A stretch of 64,000 nt of DNA from Octopus vulgaris (taxonomy: Eukaryota). The notes under the pieces were generated by a model. It was not told the origin of the DNA. It saw only the letters and a program-made list of their open reading frames with translations, and ran no database searches. How positions within the stretch are numbered: the stretch's first letter is position 1; each line of letters starts with the position of its first letter. The position numbers were made by a program, and so were the translations under genes. The stretch lies in the NCBI GenBank assembly GCA_951406725.2, contig OX597833.1, positions 39,122,001 through 39,186,000 of the forward strand, written 5' to 3'. Positions 1 through 14,354 of the stretch are shown one piece after another.

Positions 1-350
1 TTTGGATCCTTCCGGCTGAGTTTGACTTTGGCTTGAATCTTTTTAGAGTTGATAAAATAAGTACCAGTTCAGCACTGGGTTTGGAGTAATTGGCCACCAA
101 TATTACCAGATTCCTAACTTAAATAACACCATCAACAGATGGCACAACAAGTAGGGGCAATATCCTGCCACCAGCCATGCCTCCCTCAAAAATATGGCAA
201 CATCAGACACTAGATCTAAATACCATCAGTCACAGTACTGGTTCCCCTCTCTCTAAACAAGACACTTCCATTAATACACAGTTTCACTTGACATAGCTAT
301 TGCTAAGTATTCACCATCAAATATATGAGCTTGAAAACAAAATGCAAAGG

Positions 351-606
351 ATGAAGATGATCTATAAATTTGACTGTAAAACCGAAAGTGGTAAACTTTG
401 GGACACTAACTGTTATATTGGGTGGACCAGTACAACAATCTGTTGCAGATTCACTATGGACTTGTAACATGAAGTTATTTCACAACATTACACCATGCAC
501 CACAAAATGAAATTAGTTAGGAAAATGCTGGGGGAAAATAGTAACATATATACTATCCTACACAAAAACAGAAGGTTAGTTATGGAAACCACACTCATAT
601 TTCAAT
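351..606 (+). pseudogene. Penelope-like retroelement GIY-YIG endonuclease relic
   Basis: Frame from 351 reads MKMIYKFDCKTESGKLWDTNCYIGWTSTTICCRFTMDL*HEVISQHYTMHHKMKLVRKMLGENSNIYTILHKNRRLVMETTLIFQ. It has IY..YIG.T..R..H..H..RRL..E..LI spacing like a PLE GIY-YIG domain, with one in-frame stop. Confidence 0.75.
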
Positions 607-1017
607 GGGTTAGTCCACATTACTTTGTAAGGAGCATAGGGTCTGTTTCCTGGTTTCTTTGGTGTATATATTTCTCCATGGATGGGAGACTGGTCTATTA
701 CAGGATTACTCATTTTTACCAGCTGAGTGAACTGGAGCAAAGTGAAATGAAGCATTTTTCTCAAGGACACAATGCATTGCTCAGTCCAGGAATTGAAACC
801 ACAATTTTACAATCATGAGTCAAACACCCAAACCACAAAGCTATGTGTCTCATAACAACGTCATTTTTTTCATGTAGTATGAAACCAATTGATAAGATTG
901 ACTACAATAGGTACAATGTACTGTACACCTCAATTAATATAACTACTTTATTGACACTTTATGAGTGCATATTTTTTTTTGATTTATGGTTTCTTAGATG
1001 ATATATATATATATATA

Positions 1018-1230
1018 GTTAATCCAAACAAGAAAACACAAATAAACAAAAAAACACAACAACGGCGAGGACGTGGAACAAATAAAGTATTATTGGACGC
1101 TCAGGAAAGAAGGGAAGAAGGAGGGTTTAACGTTTCGAGCGGAGCTCTTCGTCGGAAACATAGGAGAAGGAAAGATCCCGAGAAGGGAAGACAGAGGAAA
1201 AAAATCGCCAGCGGTACTCACGAGGTCACA
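1018..1230 (-). mobile_element. Non-autonomous HHR-bearing (PLE-derived) element, family 1
   Basis: Near-identical copy at 2812-3025; diverged inverted copy at 1290-1485; flanked by (TA)n; minimal HHR at 1125-1159. Confidence 0.7.
1125..1159 (-). ncRNA. Minimal type I hammerhead ribozyme (core variant)
   Basis: Minus strand: GTTT-CCGACGA-A-GAGC-tcc-GCTC-GAAA-CGTT-AAAC. Stem I GTTT/AAAC, stem II GAGC/GCTC, palindromic ACGT in place of stem III. Confidence 0.6.
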
Positions 1231-1289
1231 TATATATAAATATATATTTACCACCTACCTCATATGCATACATATGCAATTTAACTGCA

Positions 1290-1485
1290 TGTGGTCTATT
1301 GCCGATTTCTTCTTCTCTTTCTTCTTCAGACTTTTTCCTTTCTTGTTTCAGATGAAGAGCTATGCTCAAAACATTAAACTCTCTCCTTTCACCCAGCATC
1401 AAGCTAATATACTTCTTGTGCACGTCCTCATGTTTGTCCTTTTTCTTGTTTTTGTTTTTTATTTTTTTGCTTATTTGAATTAACT
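1290..1485 (+). mobile_element. Diverged family-1 HHR element, inverted relative to 1018-1230
   Basis: 1345-1379 reads GTTT-CAGATGA-A-GAGC-tat-GCTC-AAAA-CATT-AAAC (core decayed); the flanks align with the reverse complement of 1018-1230. Confidence 0.6.
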
Positions 1486-1620
1486 TTTTACTACATGCTT
1501 ACATGGACTGTCCTCTCTCCTTCAGACTGTTTTGGAGTACCTGTTTCATGGCTTTCTTACTTTACCCTCGGAGTACTTTACCTTTTAATTCATTCAGAGT
1601 ACATCGCTTCTGCATCTTGG

Positions 1621-1657
<37 letters not shown>

Positions 1658-2778
1658 CATGCAATTTTATTTAATTGAACAATCCAATCATTATGCCCTC
1701 ATGCTGGTGTCACATAAAAGCACCCACTACACTCTGAGTGGTTGGTGTTAGGAAGGGCATCCAGCTGTAGAAACTCTGCCAGATCAAGATTGGAGCCTGG
1801 TGCAGCCATCTGGTTCGCCAGTTCTCAGTCAAATCGTCCAACCCATGCTACCATGGAAAGCGGACGTTAAACGATGATGATGATGATGAGGATGATGATG
1901 ATGACGATGATATATATATATGTATAGATGTATGTTTGTGTATATGTATGTGTGCATGTGTGCATTTATGTGTATGTATTAGTGGAAAGATCTGGCACTT
2001 CTCAAAGTTTGTATTGATAATACAAGATTTAAATATATAATGGAAATAATATTTTAGGTTAATATTTTGTACTTTTGTAGACATATGTAAATAGACATAC
2101 AAACAATTGTCAAACAGAAAATTTTTTCTTATTTTGCTTTTTTTTTTATTACATGTTATTAATTTTGTAAAAATTGGCAGAATTTCTTTGTACATGTTTG
2201 TAATCCAGCCAAATTTGAACTATTCTCTCCTAAAATAGCAAATATTTAATTATTCCATTGCTCTCTTTAATTTTAATAATTATCTCGAAATCAAATTGAT
2301 TTCGTATGATTTTGTATGTCTTTCTGATCTGATTAAGCTGAATTTAAACTTTTGCTTCACTAAAATAGCAAAAATATAATTGTTCAATTGTTCCTTTAAT
2401 ACTGCACTAGTCAATGTTAATAGATGCAATTATGTAAACAATGAATATTTTACTGTCTCGAGTCCACACAGGGAAAGAGAACAAATTATCTTATACACAT
2501 TCACCCACACATATTTTATTTACTGTAAGAGAACATGTAGATAACTTAGGTATACTCTTTACTCTTTTACTTGTTTCAGTCATTTGACTGTGGCCATGCT
2601 GGAGCACCGCCTTTAGTCGAGCAAATCAACCCCAGGACTTATTCTTTGTAAGCCTTGTATTTATTCTATTGGTCTCTTTTGCCGAACCACTAAGTTACGG
2701 AGACATAAACAAACCAGTATCGGTTGTCGAGTGATGTTGGGGGGGACAAACAGACACACAAATATTTACACACACATG

Positions 2779-2811
<33 letters not shown>

Positions 2812-2816
<5 letters not shown>

Positions 2817-3025
2817 ATCCAAACATGAAAACACAAAGAGAAAACACAACAACGTGAGGACGTGGAACAAATAGAGTATTATTGGACGCTCAGGAAGGAA
2901 GGAAAGAAGGAGGGTTTAACATTTCGAGCGGAGCTCTTCATCGGAAACATAGGAGAAGGAAAGATCCAGAGAGGGGAAGACAGAGGAAAAAAATCACCAA
3001 CGGTACACACGCGGTCACATTTTGA
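2812..3025 (-). mobile_element. Family-1 HHR element inserted in the internal (TA)n of a SINE
   Basis: Copy of 1018-1230; HHR at 2914-2948 with CCGATGA core; host SINE halves at ~2553-2760 and ~3172-3335. Confidence 0.7.
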
Positions 3026-3046
3026 ATGTGATATATATATATATAT

Positions 3047-3170
<124 letters not shown>

Positions 3171-3959
3171 TACGACGGGCTTCTTTCACTTTCCGTCTAT
3201 CAAATCCACTCACAAGGCTTTGTTTGGCCCAAGGCTATAGTAGAAGACACTTCTCCAAGGTTCCACGCAGTGGGACTGAACAGGGAACCATGTAGTTGTT
3301 AAGCAAGCTACTTACCACACAGCCACTCCAACACCTATAAACAATAGATGTTATAAACAATAGATGAGCATGTCATCAAAAATGTACCTACAGGCATCAA
3401 AATGTAGCTAATTAATATACTGATTACCAACCTCCAGCCTGTTGAACAAAGCCTGTCACAGCTATACTGATGATGATGATAATAATTATAATAATAACAA
3501 TAGTGATAATAATAATGATGATGATGTTGATGATGATGATGATGATGATGAAGATGATGATGATGAAGGCGATGATGATGATAATAATAATAATAATAAT
3601 AATAACAATAGTAATAATGATAATGATGATGATGATGATGATGATGAAGATGATATTAATAAATAATAATAATGGGTATGTGTGTATGCATGTGCATGTG
3701 TGTGTGTGAGTGTGTGTATGTGTGTGTATGTGTGCATATGTGTACATGGAAAAACTTCTGAATCAAAGAATCATAGATTCTTAGCAGAAACAATAAAACT
3801 TTTAAAATATTGCAATCTCTCCCCCCTCCCATATATATATATATATATATACATATATATACGTCTGTAAGTATGTTTGTATGTATGTATGTATGTATGT
3901 ATGTATGTATGTATGTATGTATGCATGTATGTATGTATGTATGTATGTATGTATGTATG

Positions 3960-3990
<31 letters not shown>

Positions 3991-4276
3991 GTATGTATGC
4001 TCACTCTCTCTCACACACAGATTACATATATATATAATACATATAGTTTAGATTTTGTTTTACAAAATTCCTAACATATAGAAAATGCAAACTCAACCGA
4101 AATATGCCAAAATGTGAGATAACCGTTAAAATAGTTTCAGTCACATTCTCTGCTGGTCAATAAATCAGTATAGCTGTGACAAGCTTTGATCAACCAGGTT
4201 TCATTTTCATCATCAAAAATGATCATACACGGAAAAGATGAATGTTATAAATATACACAAAGGGAATAAATGTTAC

Positions 4277-4349
<73 letters not shown>

Positions 4350-4350
4350 G

Positions 4351-4382
<32 letters not shown>

Positions 4383-4397
4383 AAATATCCATATACA

Positions 4398-4469
<72 letters not shown>

Positions 4470-4695
4470 TATATATATATGTACACATACACACATACAT
4501 ATGCTAAAAAAAAAGGAGAATTGTACAGTTACGCTGAAAATGTAGTGGATGTTACAGAGATGAACATCCACTGGTGTAATTTTCTTGGTGATGCATGCTT
4601 ATATATATATATATATATATATATGTATTTGTTTATTTATTTATATATAAATGGAAACCAAGTAAGACAGAAATATATATATACATATGTATATA

Positions 4696-4759
<64 letters not shown>

Positions 4760-4790
4760 CATATATATATACACACACACACACATATAC

Positions 4791-4833
<43 letters not shown>

Positions 4834-5145
4834 CATCTATATATACATACATACATATACACACACACATATATATATATCTAAAAGTCTTTGTGAAAAT
4901 TACTTGATACAGTTTTACTAAGTATTCTTTTATTCTTTTATTCATTTATTTGTTTCAGTCATTTGACTATGACCATGCTGGAGCTCTGCCTTTAGTCGAG
5001 CAAATCGAGTCCAGGACTTATTCTTTGTAAGCGTAGTACTTATTCTATCAGTCGCTTTTGCTGAACTGCTAAGTTATGGGGCCATAAATACACCAGCATA
5101 TGTCATGCGATGTTGTGGGGGGAGGTGGAGGCAAACACACACATA

Positions 5146-5183
<38 letters not shown>

Positions 5184-5476
5184 TATATATATATGACGGG
5201 CTTCTTTCAGCTTCTATCTACCAAATCCACTCACAAAGCTTTGGTCAGCCCAAGGCTGTAGAAGACACTTGCAGTGGGACTGAACATGGAACCATGTGGT
5301 TGGTAAGTAAGCTACTTACCACACAGTCACTCCTGCACCTATAAGTATAAGAAAGATTTTTAAAAAAATTATTTTTAAAGAAATTCTGTATCAGAATGTC
5401 ACTGACCTTTGTGGAAGAAGTTTATTTCTAGTGTGTGTAAGTGCTTTTGATTATCTTTCCAAACACAAATAGATAA

Positions 5477-5529
<53 letters not shown>

Positions 5530-5555
5530 CAGACAGATAGATAGATAATTAGATG

Positions 5556-5633
<78 letters not shown>

Positions 5634-5744
5634 GACAGAGAGAGAGATTGACAGATAGATAGACTAGTTTCCAACTGAAACTGAGTCTGTTTGTAAATAG
5701 TTTTTTGTAAAGTTTGGTTCCCTGGCTGGTGACTTAACATGCTT

Positions 5745-5975
5745 CTTCAGTAAGACAACGCTTATCCCGGCATTCTTAATTTGACCACTATATTTTCCTG
5801 ATGTAGTGCCTACAAGTACAAGCTTTTTTTGCTTTTGTTACCTTCCCAATAGTCTGTGAAGTGTTTCATTCAATAATGAGATGATGCAGAAAGTATAACT
5901 TGATGACTTCTTTCAATCAAAACCCATTGATTTCTACTGTCAAGGTATTGGCAATCTGGTGAAATATTGAGTGTC
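5745..5975 (+). pseudogene. Mariner transposase C-terminal fragment
   Basis: Broken frames give Q*DNA, (S)PDVVPT and LDDFFQSKPIDFYCQGIGNLVKY, typical of a mariner C-terminus. Confidence 0.6.
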
Positions 5976-6111
5976 ATAAGAAGCTTGCTTCCCAACCACA
6001 TGGTTCCACGTTCAGTTCCACTTCATGGCACCTTGGGCAAGTGTCTTCAACTATAACCTCTTGTGAGTGGATTTGGTAGACAGAAACTGAAAGTAGCCAT
6101 GGTACATATAT

Positions 6112-6148
<37 letters not shown>

Positions 6149-6237
6149 TGTGTGTGTTGTGTGTGTGTGTTTGTGCATGTGTGTGTGTGCATGTGTGTGT
6201 TTGTGTTTGTGTTTGTGTGTGTGTGTGTGTGTGTGTA

Positions 6238-7488
6238 CAGGGGCTGGACAAAATAATGGAAACACCTTAGAATTTCAAACAAATTAATTTTAATATGGGG
6301 TAGGACTCCCTTTGTCAGTAATTACAGCTTGAATTCTATGAGGTATGGACTCGTGCAAAGTTTGAATTGTTTACAAAGGAATTTATGTCCATTCTTCAGC
6401 TTAAAACAGTCTCCAGTTTTTGTAGTGATGGTGGAGGATATCAACTCCTTACTTCTTTTTCTAAAATGTACCAAAGATATTCAATAATATTGAGATCTGG
6501 GGACTGTGGTGGCCAAATAAGATGTTCAACTTCACTAGAATGTTCCTTGTGCCATTCAATAACAACTTTAACTGTGTGAATTGGTGCATTATCATCCTGA
6601 AAGATTGCATTTCCATTCAGAAACAGTTCTGCAACCAAAGGATGAATTTGATCAGATAAAATGCTTAAATAGTCTTCATTATTAATTTTACAATAAAGGG
6701 AAACCATTGGGCTGGCAGATATAGCCCCCTCCCCAGATCCTCCTCCATGTTTAACAGTTGTAAGAAGGCAGTCTGGGTCAAATGCTCCTTTTGGCTGTCT
6801 CCTCACATATACTTGGCCAGTGGTCGGAAATATGGTAAAGAATGACTCGTCCAAGAAAAGGACATTCTTCCACTGCTCTAGGGACCAATTTTGTAGGTTT
6901 TAATCCATTCTAAACTCTTTGCAACATTTGTTTTTGAAAGTAGTGGTTTTTGATTACAGCCCTCCCATGAAATCTGGCTTTGTGCAGCTTATGGCGAAAA
7001 GTTTTGTGGAAACTAGATTCTCGAGGTGGTCATTAAGCTCTGCAGTAATTTTGGGAGCTGTACTTTTGTGATTCTTTCTAACAATTTGTGTATGAGTCCA
7101 ACAGTCCCAATCTGAAAGTTTTGGTTTTCTTCTGCAGTTTTGTTTTGATGAGGAGGTTTTTCCCTCTTTCTCAAAGGCTGTCATTACTTTTGAGACAGTA
7201 ATTCTTGATACACCAAACATTTTGGCTGTTTTCATTATGGTAGTGCCTCCATACAAGCACCAACAATTTGACCTCTTTGAAGTCCGATAGATCTGTCATT
7301 TTAATGAATTTTAATTACCTTTTTCTGATGATATCTGAAAAGAAGCATCAATTTTAGCAAAACATATTAAGCAACACTAATAATAAATCAAAAAGCATTA
7401 AAATAAACAAGCCTTTGACAGTTTTATAGATATTTCGAAATTATGATGCTACGATATTAGGTGTTTCTGTTATTTTGTCCAAACCCTG
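6238..7488 (-). mobile_element. Full-length degenerate Tc1-like DNA transposon (DD36E spacing)
   Basis: TIRs CAGGGGCTGGACAAAATAATGGAAACACCT / AGGTGTTTCTGTTATTTTGTCCAAACCCTG with TA target duplications. Minus ORFs 6954-7256 (HTH, AKMFGVSRITVSKV) and 6441-6854 (DES..F, TVKHGGGS, FQDDNAPIH, WPPQSPDLNIIEYLW); frameshifted. Confidence 0.92.
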
Positions 7489-7535
<47 letters not shown>

Positions 7536-8387
7536 CCAAACACACATACACACATATATATACATATACACATTTATATATATATATATATATGAAAGAG
7601 TGTGTGTGTGCGTGTGTGTGTCTTTGTGTCTGTGTTTGGCCTCCACTAATGATTGACAATCAGTGTTGGTGTGTTTATGACCTGTAACTTAGCAGTTCAG
7701 CAAAAAAGACTCACAGAATAAGTACCAGGCTGGAAAAAAAGAAATTAAGTACTGGAATCAATTCATTTGATTGAAAATTTTTCAGGGTGGTGCCCCAGCA
7801 TGACCACAGTCTAATGAGTGAAACAAGAAAAAGAAAAAAAAAAATGAAGGAGTATTTATTATTGACTGATTTGATAGAATTATTGACATGAAAAATATAA
7901 TGATTAAAATAAATAAAAAAATGATGTATTAATATGACAATCCAGTGTATAACTGTAGGACCATCCTTGCAGAGAAGAAAAAAAAGGAAGAAAAGCAAGA
8001 ATAGTGTAACCAACCCTGATCATCCTACCTTTCCATGCGGTCTTTCTGGCTGTACCTGTTTGTCCCAAATCAGACTCATCAGGTATCAGCAAGCTTGCAA
8101 ACAGATGTGGACATCCTCCTCAATAAATTTTTGCTTGTGAAGCCATGCCAAGAATGTAATCATCATCATCATCATCATCGTAGTCGTCTTCATCATCATC
8201 ATCGTCATCATCATCGTCATCATCGTCATCGTCATCATTGTCATCGTCATCATCATCGTCATAATCATCATCATCATCATCATCAGCATCAGCATTTAAT
8301 TCCGTCTTCTATATTTGACATGGACTGTGTGTGTTTATAAATGAAAATAGATATAAAGTATGTATTAGTGTGTGTGTGTGTGCATGT

Positions 8388-8432
<45 letters not shown>

Positions 8433-8435
<3 letters not shown>

Positions 8436-8822
8436 TGTATCTTGGGAGGGTCATTTTACCAGTAATGATAATAATAATATACACAGGTTCAATTCTGCTT
8501 CTTTATTTTAGTCGATTTGGCCAAATATCTAACCAACTAACTATTTTATCATTTGTTTAATGTACCAGTTAAATAATCCATCAATTGTTTGATTGCCAAA
8601 TTCCTTTCATCACTATTCGTAACCTCAAACAAACAAACAACTAATTGATTGTTTAACCAGCACATGAACCAGACAATTGATTGATTATATCTTTAACTAA
8701 ATGATTAACAATAAAGAAATGGTACTGAACATGTGCGTGTGTGTGTTATTATTATTGGCAAAATGACCCTCCCAAGATAACAAGATTTGTTTCAGCACAC
8801 AAATTCACATGAAGAATCTTGC
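8433..8822. mobile_element. Fold-back copy of an unclassified dispersed repeat
   Basis: TCTTGTATCTTGGGAGGGTCATTTTACCA (8433) is inverted at ~8755-8786; related gcaagattc...gtgtg.tgaa.ca sequence at 13930-14025 and 63125-63250. Confidence 0.55.
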
Positions 8823-9578
8823 TAACAAAATACAAGAATGAAGTACATATATGCATATGCATACATACATACATACATACATACATACAAATGACTCCCT
8901 CCCCCCAATATGTGCCCAAACATTGAAGTAGAACTCAATCTAACAATTGACCCACCTACCAGATAACCTCTAGTCCTATATAGACCACAACCCAACAAAA
9001 CAGATGCCAACATACACATCCAAAACCCTATCTCCACCCAGGTAACCTCCCCTAATTGGATTAAAGGAACTAGAACCCAAGATGTCATATGGGCCCCTCA
9101 CCTTCACCCTTAACCTCCAGACTCAAGTACCAAAACTCTTCTTTGCCCTACTTGAAAAACATTTCCTTAAATCTAACTCCCTTAGAAAAATATTTGACCC
9201 CATCCCAATCTATAAAATTATTCACCATCAACATTGCTGGAATTATCCTACATCTTAACAACAAGAAACTCTGAAATCCACTAAAGCTAACCCCCACCCT
9301 AGTAAATTAATTCAATATAGCCCCCAAACTCCATACATATAAACCCAATACACCAATTAACCACCCCCCATAACTACAATTATAGTGCCCTTGCTAACAC
9401 CTGATACTTAAATATATATATATATATATATATATATTAAGGTATGTAGAAAAATACAACATGGACAAGAATGTATAACTCTTAGAAGACGATACAATAA
9501 ACACGGACAGGACATTCGAAACCCTCAGTCTTCAGTCAAGAACCGGATCATCGTAGTAATTTCGGCTGATTAATCTTG

Positions 9579-9609
<31 letters not shown>

Positions 9610-9610
9610 G

Positions 9611-9645
<35 letters not shown>

Positions 9646-9654
9646 GTCTATTTA

Positions 9655-9711
<57 letters not shown>

Positions 9712-10042
9712 GTTATATATTACTCTTTACACTTTTACATATTTCAGTCATTTGACTGCAGCCATGCTGGAGCACTGCCTTTAGTCGAACAAATCGACCC
9801 CAGGACTTATTCTTTGTAAGCCTATTACTCATTCTATCAAGTGATGTTGGGGGAACAAACACAGACACAAAGGCACACACACATAAATATATATACATGA
9901 CAATCTTCTTTCCGTTTCCGTCTATCAAATCCATTCACAAGGCTTTGATTGACCCAAGGCTTGCCAAGGTGCCACACTGTAGGGCTGAACCTGGAGCCAT
10001 GTGGTTGGGAAGAAAGCTTCTTACCACACAGCCAAGCCTGTG

Positions 10043-10119
<77 letters not shown>

Positions 10120-11419
10120 ATGTATATATGTGTATGTATATATGTGTATGTATATATGTAGTTATAAAGAAACATAATTAGAGGCATTATAGATAATGAT
10201 TTAGAAGCTTTTGTAATTATCTTTTTATGTAGAAATATATATTGAAATTTAGTTTGAAATGATATATTTATATTTAGTATTACATTTATAATATACTAAC
10301 TATATTTGTTATATTTATATTTAAAGAGATATTCAATTAACTTTTTATTCAGAAATATATATTAGAATTTAGTTTATTATGTTATATTTATATTTTTGTA
10401 GATATCTTGCATAATTAAGGTACTTCAATATTTCAATATATGTTATTATGTAATAAAACTTCGATTGTAAGAATTTAAGTACATGAACAAAAACATTAAG
10501 CAAAGTCAAAATTCAGGATTGGGTCAAACAGGAATTCCTTTGTCTAATTATTGTTGTTTAGTTCCTCAGATTTGCACGGACTGAGCAAACCAATGACCAA
10601 ATGAGATTATGACCATTGCTGTGATCTTTCATCATCATCATCATTGTTTGACCATGGTCGAGACAATAGAATTTACCATGCTCATTGCGAGTAGATGGCT
10701 TCCAGAGGAGAAGAGTAGAAATTGCCTCGTTTTCAGCTCTGAGATTATGATCATTGCTGTGATCATTACAGGTGTGTCTTTTATAAAGACATCATGTTTC
10801 TAGGCACAAGGCATGGCTATTTGGTCAGAAGCTTGCTTCATCACCACATGGGTCTGGATTCACTCCAACTGTGTGGCACCTTGGTGCAAGTGACTTCTTC
10901 TTCAGCCCTGGGCTAACTGAAGACTTCTAAGTGGATTTCGCTGATGGAAACTGAAAGAAGCTCATCATAGGCACAGGTGTGGCTATGTGGCTATGTGCTT
11001 CTCAATGACATGGTTTCAGTTTCAGTCTTACTGTGTGGCACCTTGGGCAAGTGTCTTCTACTATAACTTTGGATCAAACAAAGCATTGTGAGTGGATTTT
11101 GTTGACAGAAACCTGTCATATGAATGTGTGTGTGTGTGTGTTTGTGTCCGTGTGTGTGTATGTGTTTGTATGTGTGTGTGTGTGAGTGTGTGTGTGCATG
11201 TGTGTGTTTGTGTCTGTGTTTGTCCATCACCACTACTTGACAACTAGTGATAATTGCTTATGTCTCCATAACTTGGCAGTTTGGCAAAATGAGACTGATG
11301 TAATAAGTAGCAGGCTTAAAGAAAAAGAGATAAGTATCAGGGTTGATTCATTTGACTAACAGTTCTTCAAGGCAGTGCCCCTACAGTCTAATGGCTGAAA
11401 CAAGTAAAAGAGACAAAAG

Positions 11420-11463
<44 letters not shown>

Positions 11464-11810
11464 ATATGAATGTGCATATGTGTGTGTGTCTTCTTGTCCT
11501 GATGTCATGTGATAGTTGTAAAATGAGTGTCTCTGTCATACAAGCAATGCCATTCATTTCCATTACTCTGCAAAATCATATCTGGTCATGGGCAAATATT
11601 GGTCTCAAATTTTGGTTACAAGGCCAGCAAATTTTGTGGAAGGAATAAGTCAATTCCACCAATCTCAGGGTCCAACTGGTATTTATTTTATTGACCCTGG
11701 AAGGAAGAAATGCTAAGTCAACCTTGGCGGAATTTGAACTCAGAGCATAAATGCTGCAAAGCATTTTGCCTGGTGTGCCAATGATTCAGCCAGCTCACTG
11801 ACTTAATAAC

Positions 11811-11868
<58 letters not shown>

Positions 11869-13092
11869 GTGATTTCAAATTTTGGCTCAAGGCCTGCAAT
11901 TTTGGGTGAGGGAGTAAATCAATTATACTGACCACTTGATATTTATTTTATCAACCATGAAAAGATGAAAGGCTAAGTTGATCTCAGTGGAGTCTGAACG
12001 CAGAACATAAATGTGGACGAAATGCTGCTAAACATTTTTCCTGGTGTGCTAGTGATTCTGCTGGAAATAGGTGAGAGTTGGTTACAAGAAGGGTATGCGA
12101 CCACAGAAAATTTGCTTCAATAAACTCCATCAAACCCAAGTAAGCATGGAAAAAGGGACGTTAAAATCACCACCACAACCACCACCATCACCAGCAGCAG
12201 CAGCACCACCTCCATCATCATCACCACCACCACCACCACCACCAGCATCATCATCATCATCATCATCATCATCGTCATCGTCATCGTCATCGTCATCCTC
12301 ATCATCATCATCATTGTCATCATCATCGTCATCATCATCATCGTCATCACTTAGCATCCATTTCCGATGCCGGCATGGGTTCGATGGTTTGTCCGGAACT
12401 GGTAAGTCAGAGAACTGTACCAAGCTCCACTCTGGTATGGCTGGATGCCCTTCCTAACACCAGCCACCCCAAGAGTGTAGCGGGTGCCTCTAACGTGTCA
12501 CTGACATGGGTGCCTTTTATGTGTCACCTGCACAAGCCATGGCTATGATTTGAAATTTCAAATGAGGATTTTGCTTTTAACAATCATTTCAAAAATACTA
12601 GATGGTGTGGTATGAGTAAGATTTAGCTGTTATTTCTACCAGACTGAAGAATCAAGAAAAGGCTGCTTTCTTTTGCTCCTCCTTTTGTTTCATTTAATGT
12701 GAATAAAAGCCTTAGAAAGTTTGAATCTCTATGCTCTATTAAACGATGGCTCTATGGCAATAAGGCGTAGATAGCATCAGCAATTAGCTTATCAGCTGTA
12801 TTCCTTCCTCACAGGATGAAAAATATCAACTATTGTTAGTTGTTAACCTTATCAATGAGATTAGAAAGTTCCTGATATTCTTTACTCAGCAGTTTAGGAG
12901 AAAATTCTTAGCGTTTCACTAACTCAGCTTGCATGTTGCATTCAAAGCAACACTGCATTGTAGATAGGTGCATAAATGCATACATATACAAATACACATA
13001 TGCATGCACAAATTTATGTGATTGTATGTGTGTGTATGCGCTTGTGTGAATGTATATATGTATGTGTGTGCATGCATGTGTGTCTGTGTGTG

Positions 13093-13124
<32 letters not shown>

Positions 13125-13924
13125 TGTATGTATGTGTGAGTGTGTGTGTAACTGTATGTATGTATAACTGTATATTATGATGGATGTATGCATATATGTA
13201 TGTATATATGCATGTATGTGTGTATATGTATGTATATATGTATGTATGTGTGTGTATGTATGTATTTATGTATGTATGTATGTATGTATAAACAATTGCA
13301 TGCAGTAGATCAGTAGATTACTGAGTGAGTTGAACACATGATAATCAGAATATTCATGAGAAGTAGATGGATGGTAAGGACGAGGGGGTGGATAGGTATG
13401 CAGATTGGTGTATAAATGCAGACAGAGAGGGAGACGGATTAGAGAGAGAGAGAAGGAGAGAGAGAGAGAGAGGGAGAGAGAGAGAGAATGCTCGGTGGAA
13501 AAGTTAGTTGAATCTTATCGATAGACAGAAAAGGAACCTTCAATGAGAATTGTAAACAATATACCAGAAGATGAAGGGTTGGTGGCAGTGGTGGTGGTGG
13601 TGGTGGTGGTGGTGGTGGTGATGGTAGTGATGGTGGCGAAAGAGATGACAAAGAAGAAGACAGCTGTGGCGTTGGCCGTGATGATGATTATGAAGACTGG
13701 TGTCATTGTTTTCATTGAACACCAGATTGAATCAGATTGAGTCAATCCCATGAATGAAGGCTTTTCAGTTCTGATGATCCCTTCTCACTTAGACCTTCTA
13801 GGACAACATTACATAAAATATGACCTTCCCCTTTTTTAAAAATATATTACAGAGGGTCTCAACCAAGGTCCATGTAGCCCTTGAGGGTATACTTAAAATA
13901 TTGCTGTTAAATTTCGTTTTGGGA

Positions 13925-14171
13925 TTTGGTTTGCAAGATTCCTTATGGAAGTTTGTGTGTTGAAGCATATTCTGTTGTGTCTGGCAGGAGTAATTCTCTT
14001 TTTGTGCCTTATAATTTAACACACTCACCGGTAAAATTTCCACTTATTTCTTTTTTATTTTTCCAAAATTTTCGTTGCGTCTTGCAACCTTTTCAATAGT
14101 TTTGACTCAAAGTGTGTTAAATTATATTGTTTCAAAAGACAATGACTTTCCCCAGACACAACAGAATTTGC
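13925..14171. mobile_element. Fold-back copy of the same repeat family as 8433-8822
   Basis: Imperfect inverted arms at 13965-14024 and 14111-14171. Confidence 0.55.
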
Positions 14172-14354
14172 TGTTAAAGTTTATCTGCAATAAATCATTT
14201 ATACTTCTACAGTACACTAAATATTTTACCAATTTTTTTCATACAATTCCTAATAATATATGGACCATGTACTACCGATTTTTTCCACAAAACAGGGACA
14301 GAGGTAGCCCATTGGAGAAATGAACCTCATGAGGTGGAGTGGCTACTGCTGAGA

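Noticed and set aside
9440-9580. Minus-strand CTGAAGA..TTCGAATGTC as a hammerhead
   Set aside because: No convincing stem I or II and GAAA is absent; probably a repeat fragment, but the fold is unsupported.
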